This document shows positions 1 through 9,333 of a stretch of DNA of 34,834 bases, in pieces. The notes under the pieces are model-generated. The model was not told the DNA's origin, made no database searches, and saw only the letters and a program-made list of their open reading frames with translations. Source of the DNA: a virus. Taxonomy: Duplodnaviria > Caudoviricetes. The position numbers and the translations under genes were made by a program. Every line of letters begins with the position of its first letter. Position 1 is the stretch's first letter. The stretch lies in the IMG/VR virus record IMGVR_UViG_3300027679_000019, positions 1 through 34,834 of that record. One strand, given 5' to 3'.

Positions 1-12
1 TATATTTAGCCC

Positions 13-1440
13 ATGCCGATTTACAACAACGCCCTCACCCAGCGCCCAGCCAATCGATTGGCTTACCAAGAATCTATTGGCCCTGTGCCGCGCAATGAGT
101 ATTTGGGTGCGTTGGCTGATTTCTTAGCGCAGAGTTATTCGCCTGAACGCACACAGCAGATGCAGGGTGTATCTAGGTTTTTATCGGTTCCTGCAATTAG
201 CGAGACATTAGACCGGCTTTCTTATGACGAGCCATTGACAACTGGTGCTGGTGGTTTGGGAGGGACTACACGCATCAGGCCCGAGGCGTTGGAAGCTGCT
301 ATGGCGGTAGCACCTACAGCAAAGCCTGTGACTATGGCGACATTGCAGGCGGCAAGAGCTGCGAGACAGGCGGCGTTAGCTGGTGGCCGAGCTGGTGAGC
401 GTTACGCTGAGAGGGTGTTGCCAGGCATCATGGAACGTGGTGGGCTTGGTGCTGACATTTTGCAGGGTATGGCTAGTCAACCATCAAGGGTTTTGCCTCA
501 AGCTGGTCGCAGTGGCTATGGTCAATTTGATCCTCGCTATGACCCAAGAGTTTTAGAGCAGGCCAGAATGCAGGCAATGACACGCAATATTCAATTAAAC
601 CCTAATGCACAAAATGCCCCAACAGTTTCTTTGGCCGACTTTGAGGGTCGCCCTTTTATTACAAGTATGTCAGACCGTACTGCTGCGGGTGGCAACTTAA
701 TTGGCATTGACAACGTGCAATTTAATCGCCCTGTTGAGTTGCGTGGTGGTCAAGATTTCATGTTTAACAATCCTGGCTTAGTTTGGTCATCGGGTCAGGG
801 GCCAGCTAAAGCGTTGATGAAATATGCGGATGAAGTTAAGGATGTAACTGGACAAAATCCAATTTACTTGCCTTACCGTATGGCTCCTACTGGTGGTGAC
901 TTTGCCCAAATGACGGGCGAAACGATGTTGTCCTACGCTGATGCATCAATGGGCAAGATGCAGAAAAAAAGGTTTGACAGGGCTATCAAGGAATTTATTC
1001 CTGATTGGGCTGGTGTGTCTGATCCAGCAAGTGTTAAGCAATTTAGAGAATTGCCTGATTCAAAGCGTAAAGCTATGAAAAATATGATGGATACGCAATT
1101 TAGAAATGAAGGCGGTTTAAATATTGGTGGCGCACGGTTGTCGGTGTCTGACCCTGCTCAATTGGCAGCGCAAGAAGGTGGTGTGCAGAATGTGGGTGAG
1201 ATATTTGCCGGCAGACCAATTCTTCAATCTACACATCCAGCTTATCCAGGCGGTGTGCAAGGCCAAGGTATTGGCACTTTGTCGCAAGACCACAATATTT
1301 TTGAATTGTTGCCTGGCGTAGTAAAGGCAAGAAAGATTGCCGACCCACAAAATCCTAGTCCTGCTGATCTAAGGGCAATGCAGATGCGCCCTTACGCTGG
1401 CGTGATTACTAATCAGTTGCTTAAGCGCCTTGGTTACTAA
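13..1440 (+). CDS. Hypothetical 475-aa protein between terS and terL (Ala/Gly-rich N-terminal region plus ~300-aa globular C-terminal domain); candidate virion-packaged/injected protein
   Basis: Long uninterrupted ORF. N-terminus has NNALTQRPANRLA, similar to motifs in the ejection proteins. No catalytic family recognised. Confidence 0.85.
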   Translation: MPIYNNALTQRPANRLAYQESIGPVPRNEYLGALADFLAQSYSPERTQQMQGVSRFLSVPAISETLDRLSYDEPLTTGAGGLGGTTRIRPEALEAAMAVAPTAKPVTMATLQAARAARQAALAGGRAGERYAERVLPGIMERGGLGADILQGMASQPSRVLPQAGRSGYGQFDPRYDPRVLEQARMQAMTRNIQLNPNAQNAPTVSLADFEGRPFITSMSDRTAAGGNLIGIDNVQFNRPVELRGGQDFMFNNPGLVWSSGQGPAKALMKYADEVKDVTGQNPIYLPYRMAPTGGDFAQMTGETMLSYADASMGKMQKKRFDRAIKEFIPDWAGVSDPASVKQFRELPDSKRKAMKNMMDTQFRNEGGLNIGGARLSVSDPAQLAAQEGGVQNVGEIFAGRPILQSTHPAYPGGVQGQGIGTLSQDHNIFELLPGVVKARKIADPQNPSPADLRAMQMRPYAGVITNQLLKRLGY

Positions 1441-1627
1441 ACAAGAACTTTGGATCAAATTTGCTTGCAAACTTTTCACTGTACCGATCAGCCAAGAATT
1501 TTCTAACTGATTCTTCAGTAACCGACTCTATGCCGCTAACAACACAGCGAGTTTCATGCAGGCCAAGAGCTTCAAGCATTTTGGCTGTCATCTTGACTTC
1601 AGTGTTGACAATTGGGGATAGGGTCAT
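1421..1627 (-). CDS. Small 68-aa antisense protein, convergent with and overlapping the end of ORF 13..1440
   Basis: Fills the gap between 1440 and terL. AAGGAG SD on the minus strand (complement of CTCCTT, 1640-1645) lies 12 nt before the ATG. Composition is protein-like. Confidence 0.65.
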   Translation of the reverse strand: MTLSPIVNTEVKMTAKMLEALGLHETRCVVSGIESVTEESVRKFLADRYSEKFASKFDPKFLFSNQGA

Positions 1628-1655
1628 GATGTCATTTTACTCCTTAAAGGCTTAG

Positions 1656-3179
1656 ATGCAAACCACAATCTACAAATCCGAAGAAGAGCAAAAGCTGATG
1701 GTGGAGCTTTGGTCACCGGCCATAGCTGATGATCCGGAGGCTTTTGTGCTTTTTGCTTTTCCTTGGGGTCAGAAGAATACGCCGCTGGAGAAGTTCACCG
1801 GCCCACGCAAATGGCAGAGGGAAGTCCTACGCGACATTACCACCCACATCAAAAAGCAAAAGGGTTTGATTGACTATGACACCATCCGCATGGCCGTGTC
1901 ATCTGGCCGTGGTATTGGCAAAAGCGCCTTAGTCTCTTGGCTTATCTTGTGGATGTTGACCACCCGCATTGGTGGAAGTGTTGTTGTTTCTGCCAACAGC
2001 GAGAACCAGCTGCGATCGGTGACATGGGCCGAGCTGACCAAGTGGGCGGCCATGCTCATCAATAGCCATTGGTGGGAAATAAGTGCTACCAAACTGGTGC
2101 CAGCGCAATGGTTGACTGAGCTTGTGGAGCGTGACTTGCGTAAGGGTACGCGGTATTGGGCTTGCGAGGGTAAATTGTGGAGTGCTGAGAACCCTGATTC
2201 TTACGCTGGTGTGCACAATCAAGACGGCATGATGCTGATTTTTGATGAATCCAGTGGTATTCCCAACCCAATTTGGGAGGTTGGCGCTGGATTCTTTACA
2301 GAAAACACGCCGGACAGGTACTGGTTTGCATTTTCCAACCCACGGCGCAATGAGGGCTACTTTTTTGAGTGTTTTCACGCCAAACGGGACTTTTGGACAT
2401 CTCGGATTGTGGACGCCAGGACGGTTGAAGACACTGACAAGTCGGTCTATGAGCAGATTATTGCTGAATATGGCGAGGACAGCAGCCAGGCCAAGGTTGA
2501 GGTGTATGGCGAGTTTCCATCAGCTGGTGAGGATCAATTTATCAGCCCTTTGATTGTGGATGATGCGATGAAGAGGGCGAGATACAAGGATTTGACGGCG
2601 CCTATTGTTTTGGGGGTTGACCCAGCAAGGGGTGGCGCAGATTCAACGGTGATTGTGGTGAGGCAGGGTAGGGATATTGTGGCCATCAAGCGGTACAAGG
2701 GCGAAGACACGATGGAGATTGTTGGACGGGTGATTGATGCCATTGAGGAATACAAACCAACCTTGACTGTGATTGATGAGGGTGGTTTGGGGTATGGCAT
2801 TCTTGACCGGCTGACAGAGCAGAGGTACAAGGTCCGAGGTGTTAACTTTGGCGGCAAGGCCAAGCACTCGCAAGCTTTTGGAAATAAGCGAGCAGAGATG
2901 TGGAACGATATGCGGAACTGGTTGAAATCTGCTAGTATCCCGTCAGATCGGCAATTGAAGGCTGATTTCACTGGTCCAACAAAGAAGCCAAATTCTTCTG
3001 GGACTATATTTTTGGAAGGCAAGAAAGAGATGCGAGCAAGAGGTTTAGCTTCACCGGATGCAGCTGATGCACTTGCAGTGACTTTTGCTTTTCCTGTGGC
3101 GCACAGAGAATACAAGGAGCCTGCAATGAGGCGAGCTTCTTCTCAAAGCGCAGTTACAACTGGATGGATGGGAAGTTAA
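1656..3179 (+). CDS. terL: Terminase large subunit
   Basis: Walker A SGRGIGKS, Walker B LIFDE, RNase H-like nuclease motif LGVDPARGGAD, C-terminal SPDAADALA; lies upstream of portal. Confidence 0.96.
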   Translation: MQTTIYKSEEEQKLMVELWSPAIADDPEAFVLFAFPWGQKNTPLEKFTGPRKWQREVLRDITTHIKKQKGLIDYDTIRMAVSSGRGIGKSALVSWLILWMLTTRIGGSVVVSANSENQLRSVTWAELTKWAAMLINSHWWEISATKLVPAQWLTELVERDLRKGTRYWACEGKLWSAENPDSYAGVHNQDGMMLIFDESSGIPNPIWEVGAGFFTENTPDRYWFAFSNPRRNEGYFFECFHAKRDFWTSRIVDARTVEDTDKSVYEQIIAEYGEDSSQAKVEVYGEFPSAGEDQFISPLIVDDAMKRARYKDLTAPIVLGVDPARGGADSTVIVVRQGRDIVAIKRYKGEDTMEIVGRVIDAIEEYKPTLTVIDEGGLGYGILDRLTEQRYKVRGVNFGGKAKHSQAFGNKRAEMWNDMRNWLKSASIPSDRQLKADFTGPTKKPNSSGTIFLEGKKEMRARGLASPDAADALAVTFAFPVAHREYKEPAMRRASSQSAVTTGWMGS

Positions 3180-3437
3180 ATGGCAAAGAAAAATGTTTCT
3201 TTGTCAGTAGGTCGAGGCGAGAAGTTGCCAGTGTCCAAGGGCGCTGGTTTGACTGCCAAAGGGCGCGAGAAGTACAATGCGGCAACTGGCTCTAACCTTA
3301 AAGCGCCAGCACCTAACCCTAAGACCAAGGCAGACCAAGGCCGTAAAGATTCATTTTGTGCAAGAATGGGCGCTGTAGCGGCCAACGCCAAAGACGGCGA
3401 ACGCGCTAAAGCAGCTCTTAAACGATGGAAGTGTTAA
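3180..3437 (+). CDS. Small basic protein (GLTAKGREKYN..SNLKAP..SFCARM; resembles DUF6321-type phage proteins)
   Basis: 85 aa, Lys/Arg-rich, starts immediately after the terL stop. Family name is from recall, not a search. Confidence 0.75.
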   Translation: MAKKNVSLSVGRGEKLPVSKGAGLTAKGREKYNAATGSNLKAPAPNPKTKADQGRKDSFCARMGAVAANAKDGERAKAALKRWKC

Positions 3438-3439
3438 TC

Positions 3440-3592
3440 ATGGCAACCAAACCTGGCTTGTACGCAAATATTCACGCCAAGCAAGCACGTATCGCTGCTG
3501 GTTCTAAAGAGAAGATGAACAAGCCTGGCAGCAAAAACGCGCCAACGGCTAAAGACTTCAAAGATTCAGCTAAGACTGCAAAGAAAAAATAA
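3440..3592 (+). CDS. Small basic 50-aa protein (MATKPGLYANIHAK...AKTAKKK), not in the ORF track
   Basis: Translated by hand: ATG at 3440, TAA at 3590-3592 overlapping the portal ATG. Confidence 0.75.
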   Translation: MATKPGLYANIHAKQARIAAGSKEKMNKPGSKNAPTAKDFKDSAKTAKKK

Positions 3593-5751
3593 TGGATTAC
3601 ACAGGCATCGCCGCAGCCGGTGCTGTGGCCAACGGTGGCAAGGACAAGGACTCATCGTCCAGTGTCTTGGCAACTGCTCGCTCGCGTTTGGACATGGCCA
3701 TTAGCGCATTGTCTGAATCGCGTGAAGATGAAATTGACGACCTGAAGTTTTACGCTGGCTCGCCCGACAATCGTTGGCAGTGGCCAGCAGATGTGTTGGC
3801 AACCCGTGGCGCGGTGCAAGGTCAAACGATTAACGCCAGACCGTGTTTGACGATCAATAAGTTACCCCAGCACGTAAGACAGGTGACCAATGACCAAAGG
3901 CAAAACCGCCCAAGTGGCAAAGTTATTCCAGCCGATGATCACGCAGACATTGAAGTCGCCGAAATCTTCAACGGAATGGTCAGGCACATTGAATACATTA
4001 GCGACGCAGATGTCGCTTACGACACGGCCTGCGAAAACCAAGTCTCCTACGGCGAAGGTTACATCCGCGTCCTGACTGAATACTGCGACGAAAACACGTT
4101 TGACCAAGACATCAAGATTGGCCGTGTACGTAACTCATTCAGCGTCTACATGGACCCGACGATTCAAGACCCAACTGGCGCGGATGCTAAGTGGTGCTTT
4201 ATCACGGAAGACGTCACCAAAGACGAATACCAGCTGATGTACCCCGACTCCGCGCCCATCACCACCTTGCAAACGTTGGGTGTGGGTGACCAAAATTTGA
4301 GCCAATGGCTCACTGAAGACACCATCCGCGTCGCTGACTACTACTACGTAGACTACGACAGAGCAACCCTTAATATGTACCCTGGGAACGTGACCGCATT
4401 TGAAGGCACTCCAGAAGACAAAGAACTGAAAGCAATTTATGGCAAACCTAAAAGATCTCGTGAATCGGATCGTGTCAAAATTAAATACTGCAAGATTAAC
4501 GGCTATGAAATTCTTGAAGAACGCGATTGGGCGGGGAAATACATCCCCGTAGTTCGCATTGTCGGCAATGAGTTTGAAGTAGATGGCCGTTTGTATGTGT
4601 CGGGCTTGGTGAGAAACGCCAAGGATGCCCAGCGTATGTACAACTATTGGGTTTCACAAGAAGCCGAGATGCTGGCCCTAGCGCCAAAAGCGCCGTTTAT
4701 TGGCTATGGTGGCCAGTTTGAAGGCTACGAAAATCAGTGGAAGACTGCAAACACGACCAACTGGCCGTACTTGGAAGTTAATCCAGACGTTACAGACGGC
4801 CAAGGTGCTGTCCTGCCACTGCCAGCTAGGGCGCAGCCTCCAATGGCTTCCAGCGGTCTGTTGCAAGCCAAAGCAGGCGCATCTGAGGACATCAAAGCAT
4901 CTACTGGCCAATACAACGCATCTTTGGGCATGTCGTCCAATGAAAGAAGCGGCAAAGCTATTCTTGCGCGTCAGCGTGAAGGTGATGTAGGCACTTACCA
5001 CTATGGTGACAACTTGGCCCGTGGTGTACGTCATATTGTGCGCCAGCTCGTAGACTTGATTCCTAAGGTGTATGACACCCAGCGCGTGGCTCGCATCATT
5101 GGTATAGACGGTGACACCGACATGGTCAAGTTAAATCCTGACCAGCCTGAAGCCGTCAAGAAGATCATGCAAGACGACATATTGATCGAGAAGATTTACA
5201 ACCCAAGCGTCGGCAAGTACGACGTGGTGGTGGCAACCGGCCCAGGCTACGCAACCAAGCGCCAAGAAGCCTTGGAAGCAATGGCTCAGTTGTTGCAGGG
5301 TAACCCCCAACTGTGGCAAGTGGCTGGCGACTTGTTTGTGAAAAACATGGACTGGCCTGGTGCCCAAGAGATGGCCAAACGTTTTGCCAAGACGATTGAT
5401 CCCAAGCTTATGGAAGACGGCGACAAGTCACCAGAGTTGCAAATGGCCGAACAGCAGATGCAAGCGATGGGTCAAGAGATGGAGCAGATGCACCAGATGA
5501 TCCAAAATGTTGGCAAGTCAATCGAGGTGCAAGAGCAGCAACGCAAAGACTTTGAAGCCGAAGTTAAGATGTACGAGGCCGAAACCAAGCGGATCGCTGC
5601 GGTGCAAGCTGGCATGACCGAACAACAGATCCAAGATATTGCGATGGGCGTGGTTGCGGCAGCTTTGGAATCGCAAGAGATGATGAACCAAATGCCTGAA
5701 ATGCGTGAAGAGCCTATGGAAATGATGCCACCACAAGGAATGCCACAATGA
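3592..5751 (+). CDS. P22-like portal protein
   Basis: 719 aa. RPCLTINKL and GLVRNAKDAQRMYNYW motifs, long Q/M-rich C-terminal helical region, position after terL. Confidence 0.93.
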   Translation: MDYTGIAAAGAVANGGKDKDSSSSVLATARSRLDMAISALSESREDEIDDLKFYAGSPDNRWQWPADVLATRGAVQGQTINARPCLTINKLPQHVRQVTNDQRQNRPSGKVIPADDHADIEVAEIFNGMVRHIEYISDADVAYDTACENQVSYGEGYIRVLTEYCDENTFDQDIKIGRVRNSFSVYMDPTIQDPTGADAKWCFITEDVTKDEYQLMYPDSAPITTLQTLGVGDQNLSQWLTEDTIRVADYYYVDYDRATLNMYPGNVTAFEGTPEDKELKAIYGKPKRSRESDRVKIKYCKINGYEILEERDWAGKYIPVVRIVGNEFEVDGRLYVSGLVRNAKDAQRMYNYWVSQEAEMLALAPKAPFIGYGGQFEGYENQWKTANTTNWPYLEVNPDVTDGQGAVLPLPARAQPPMASSGLLQAKAGASEDIKASTGQYNASLGMSSNERSGKAILARQREGDVGTYHYGDNLARGVRHIVRQLVDLIPKVYDTQRVARIIGIDGDTDMVKLNPDQPEAVKKIMQDDILIEKIYNPSVGKYDVVVATGPGYATKRQEALEAMAQLLQGNPQLWQVAGDLFVKNMDWPGAQEMAKRFAKTIDPKLMEDGDKSPELQMAEQQMQAMGQEMEQMHQMIQNVGKSIEVQEQQRKDFEAEVKMYEAETKRIAAVQAGMTEQQIQDIAMGVVAAALESQEMMNQMPEMREEPMEMMPPQGMPQ

Positions 5752-6116
5752 CACACAAAGCCGCTGATTTTTTAGGCTTGCTGTTTTTGGCGCGGGACGT
5801 TGCCCATTCTGTGCATTTGAACACTCGCAGTTACAGCAAGCACATAGCGCTCAATATCTTCTACGAGCGTATTATTGGTGCGGCTGATGACTTTGCTGAA
5901 GCGTACCAAGGCCGATACGGTTTAATTGGCCCTATTACTCTGAATTCGGCAAAAAAGACATCTAACATCATTGAATTCTTGCAAGCCTCGCTTGCTGAAA
6001 TTGAAGGTGCTCGTTACGATGTATGCGATAAAACTGATTCATCGCTTCAGCAACTGATAGATAATATCGTTGAGATTTATTTGCGTACCCTCTACAAACT
6101 CCGCTTTTTGGCATAA
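5748..6116 (+). CDS. Ferritin/Dps-like four-helix-bundle protein
   Basis: AHSVHLNT..SKHIALNIFYE....D.FAEAYQG..G pattern and LYKLRFL ending, typical of Dps-like phage proteins; ATGA overlap with portal. Confidence 0.7.
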   Translation: MTHKAADFLGLLFLARDVAHSVHLNTRSYSKHIALNIFYERIIGAADDFAEAYQGRYGLIGPITLNSAKKTSNIIEFLQASLAEIEGARYDVCDKTDSSLQQLIDNIVEIYLRTLYKLRFLA

Positions 6117-6125
6117 GGAAACATC

Positions 6126-6395
6126 ATGGCAAATTACACCCAAGCCGCTGCAACGACACAAGTCAAAGTTGGGGCTGGCAAACTGTTCGGTATCTTTGTG
6201 ACAGCATCTTCAAGCGGCACTTTGACAATCTATGACTCAGGCGCGTCAAGCACTGGTGACCCTAAGATTGCCGATACATTTTCTGTGACCGCAGGCACAA
6301 CCTACTTGAACTTTCCTGCGGGTTTGTTCTTCAACAAAGGTCTGTACATAGTGCTTGCGGGTACTTCTGCGGCCTTTACTGTTGCATACGAATAA
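6126..6395 (+). CDS. Small beta-rich virion structural protein
   Basis: AAGGA SD, Thr/Gly/Ala-rich beta-sandwich-like sequence, located in the structural operon. Confidence 0.6.
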   Translation: MANYTQAAATTQVKVGAGKLFGIFVTASSSGTLTIYDSGASSTGDPKIADTFSVTAGTTYLNFPAGLFFNKGLYIVLAGTSAAFTVAYE

Positions 6396-6404
6396 AGGTT
6401 AATC

Positions 6405-6902
6405 ATGGCCGTCTTTCTCTCCCCCGTGGGCGGCGCAGCGGCCCAGTTTTTTAACAACAATGGTGTGATCTTGTCAGGCGGCAAGCTCTACACCTATGCT
6501 GCTGGTACAACCACACCTCAAGTCACATATACATCTTCTAGTGGTGTAACAGCGCATACCAACCCAATCATTTTGGATTCTGCGGGTCGAGTACCAGGCG
6601 GTGAGATTTGGATAAATTCACCGCCATATAAATTTGTTTTAAATACATCTGCGGATGTGCTTATTGCAACATACGACAACATAACTGGGCTTGGTGCGGC
6701 AGCGTATCAAGTTCAAAATTTTACTGGCACAGGATCACAAACGGTCTTTACGTTGAGTACTGCCTCTCTTGGAGAGAATTTTACTTTTGTGTATATCAAC
6801 GGCGTATATCAACAAAAAAACACATACACCGTAGCAGGTACAAGTTTGACATTTTCACAAGCACCGCCTATTACTTCAACCATTGAAGTCATGTATAACT
6901 GA
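6405..6902 (+). CDS. Tailspike head-binding/adaptor-like protein
   Basis: N-terminal QFFNNNG..LSGGKLYTYAAGTTTP...TNPIILDSAGR resembles podophage tailspike attachment domains; C-terminal FTGTGSQTVFTL...VYINGVYQ beta domain. Confidence 0.65.
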   Translation: MAVFLSPVGGAAAQFFNNNGVILSGGKLYTYAAGTTTPQVTYTSSSGVTAHTNPIILDSAGRVPGGEIWINSPPYKFVLNTSADVLIATYDNITGLGAAAYQVQNFTGTGSQTVFTLSTASLGENFTFVYINGVYQQKNTYTVAGTSLTFSQAPPITSTIEVMYN

Positions 6903-6904
6903 GC

Positions 6905-7837
6905 ATGACTAACAGCAAAATATCAGCACTGACTTCAGCTACTACGCCGTTGGTGGGTACTGAGACTTTGCCGATTGTTCAAGGTGGCGCAACAGTCAAA
7001 ACCACCGTTGCTGACATTACTAACGGTGGGGGATATGCGGGTTCTTTTACTACACTTGCGTCAACAGGTAACACTACCCTTGGCGATGCGACCACTGACG
7101 TTGTGACGGTGAATGGGTACATAGGGGTGGGCGGCGCTGCGGTTTCTAGTGGCGGTATTAGGCTAACTTCAACCGCTTTAACTGGCACAGATCAAGCGGG
7201 AATAATCTCACTGCCAACAATTACAAGTGCTTCAACAATTACGGGCAACGGTGTTAGTTCTAGAGTGTCCACCGCAGCCGCAGCGTTTACCGTTGCTAAC
7301 CTACACGCTTTTTATGCGTTCAATGCAGTCAAAGGCGCTGGGTCAACTATTACAAACCAGCATGGTCTTTACATTGTTGACCAAACTCAAGGTACAAACA
7401 ATTACGGTATCACCAGCACAGTTACCAGCGGTGCAAACAAATACAACATCTACGCTTCTGGTACAGCGCAAAACTATTTTTCTGGGAATGTACTTATATT
7501 TGGTGCTGGTGGCCTCGGCTATGGCACTGGCTCGGGCGGTACTGTTACCCAAGCAACATCTCGCACAACTGGCGTGACGTTAAATAAAACCAATGGTGCT
7601 ATTACTCTTGTTTCTGCTGCTGGCCTTGCAACTTTTCAAAGTTTTACCGTTACCAATTCAACCGTGGCGGCTACTGATGTTGTTCACGTTACGCAAAAGT
7701 CAGGCACTGATTTATATCAAATATTTGTCACGGCTACCGCTGCGGGTAGCTTTCGGATAACTTTTGCAACAACAGGCGGCACAACAATTGAACAACCCGT
7801 GTTCAATTTTGCAGTAATCAAAGGAGTAACAGCATGA
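6905..7837 (+). CDS. Tail/capsid fibre protein (paralog of 13276..13944)
   Basis: N-terminal KISALTSAT...LPIVQGG; Thr/Gly/Ala-rich; C-terminal ~105 aa closely similar to the 13276 ORF. Confidence 0.75.
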   Translation: MTNSKISALTSATTPLVGTETLPIVQGGATVKTTVADITNGGGYAGSFTTLASTGNTTLGDATTDVVTVNGYIGVGGAAVSSGGIRLTSTALTGTDQAGIISLPTITSASTITGNGVSSRVSTAAAAFTVANLHAFYAFNAVKGAGSTITNQHGLYIVDQTQGTNNYGITSTVTSGANKYNIYASGTAQNYFSGNVLIFGAGGLGYGTGSGGTVTQATSRTTGVTLNKTNGAITLVSAAGLATFQSFTVTNSTVAATDVVHVTQKSGTDLYQIFVTATAAGSFRITFATTGGTTIEQPVFNFAVIKGVTA

Positions 7838-8016
7838 GTTATCTTGCTTCTGTAACCCACGACATAAAGTCAAACACGTTAGAAGCTACTTGGCTTGAAC
7901 TTGTTGGCGAAGAACTCAAACGAGTTAAAAGCCGAAATTACTCCCAAGAACAAAAAGCCGAGTTTGAAACAGATGTTGAAAACGGCTCCAAGTACACTGC
8001 ATTGGCTAACTGGTAA
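7834..8016 (+). CDS. Small acidic protein, possible fibre assembly chaperone
   Basis: 60 aa, ATGA overlap with the fibre gene stop. Function inferred from position only. Confidence 0.55.
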   Translation: MSYLASVTHDIKSNTLEATWLELVGEELKRVKSRNYSQEQKAEFETDVENGSKYTALANW

Positions 8017-8028
8017 AAGGAATAGATT

Positions 8029-9333
8029 ATGGCACTGACCAAAGCAACATATTCGATGATAAACGGCGCAAGCCTAAACGTGCTTGACTTTGGCGCTGTT
8101 GGCAATGGGGTTGCGGATGACTCTGCTGCAATTCAGGCTGCTATCAACGCTACACCTGATGCTGGCGGGTCGGTGTATTTTCCAAACGGAACTTACCTTG
8201 TCAACACAGGCATTACTTTAAAAAGCCGTGTTACTTTGTTTGGAAACGACCGAAACAACACCACCATCAAAGCTGGCACTGCTGGCATTACCGTACTTGG
8301 CTTATCGGGAACCGCATACAACATGCGAATTAAAAGCCTTGCGGTAGAGGGAAATGATTTGGCCGCAAAGGGAATTGCCATTCTTGGTACTACCCTTGGA
8401 AGCAGCGCACATCACATTATTGAAGATGTGTTTGTCAACGGCTGCACCACAAACAACATTCACCTTAAGTTCATCATTTACGGGCGAATAGTAAACGTGT
8501 ACTCAGCTCAAGGAACTTCAACAGCGCCGCCTGTTTCGGTCTTGCTTGAGGATATGTACAACACAATGTTTGAGCAGTGCGTTTTTTATAACGGCACTAC
8601 ATCCACAGTTCACTTGATTCGTGGAACAGAAAACTATTTCCACAGAACAACCGTTTACAACGATGTCGCCTATTCAGCCACTCAACTTCTTCTAATTGAT
8701 TCTGGTAGTAAACACTCGTTTACAGAATGTATATTTGAGCCACAAGGCGCTGCAAACGTCACTAATACTGTAACTATTAACGACACTTTGGATGGGAGTT
8801 GCACTGACCATTATTTTATGTCGTGTGATTTTATTGGTATAGCAAACACTAAAACACATGACCTTAATATTGGTACAACTGGCACTGTGTTTAAAACAAG
8901 AATTCAAAACTGTAAATTTATTAAACCAACAGCAACAGACAGCATTAAATTTACAAACCAAACAAATAGCTTTGTTATTGGATGCGTTGATTTTGTTACT
9001 TACGATACGCCCGTTTATGCTCCAGTTACGATATTAAACGCTGGCGGTAACTTTATTTACGTAGAAAATAGGCCTGGAGAATTTTCTAGAGCAGCTCCAA
9101 TACAAGACAACGCAAACCTTCTTGGGACTTCTAGTCTTCGCTGGCAAAGCACCTATACGGTTGATTTGCGAGTTGGTACAGACCAGAGAATTTGGACATC
9201 TGCGCCAGGTTCGCCAGAAGGCGCTGTTACAGCAAGTATTGGTTCGCTTTTTACACGAACTGATGGCGGTGCTGGCACAACGCTGTATGTCAAAGAATCA
9301 GGAACTGGAAACACAGGATGGGTGGCAAAATGA
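8029..9333 (+). CDS. Tailspike / receptor-binding protein with pectate-lyase-like parallel beta-helix
   Basis: NVLDFGAVGNGVADDSAAIQAAIN...VYFPNGTY motif, Asn/Cys ladder-like repeats, C-terminal GSPEGAVTA.IGSLFTRTDGG..TTLYVKESG..NTGW module; AAGGA SD. Confidence 0.88.
   Translation: MALTKATYSMINGASLNVLDFGAVGNGVADDSAAIQAAINATPDAGGSVYFPNGTYLVNTGITLKSRVTLFGNDRNNTTIKAGTAGITVLGLSGTAYNMRIKSLAVEGNDLAAKGIAILGTTLGSSAHHIIEDVFVNGCTTNNIHLKFIIYGRIVNVYSAQGTSTAPPVSVLLEDMYNTMFEQCVFYNGTTSTVHLIRGTENYFHRTTVYNDVAYSATQLLLIDSGSKHSFTECIFEPQGAANVTNTVTINDTLDGSCTDHYFMSCDFIGIANTKTHDLNIGTTGTVFKTRIQNCKFIKPTATDSIKFTNQTNSFVIGCVDFVTYDTPVYAPVTILNAGGNFIYVENRPGEFSRAAPIQDNANLLGTSSLRWQSTYTVDLRVGTDQRIWTSAPGSPEGAVTASIGSLFTRTDGGAGTTLYVKESGTGNTGWVAK

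Noticed and set aside
2534-3115. Long antisense ORFs inside terL and other structural genes (e.g. 11645..12166, 13233..13613, 15688..16053)
   Set aside because: Shadow frames of well-supported genes with biased codon use; no SD or motif support noticed.
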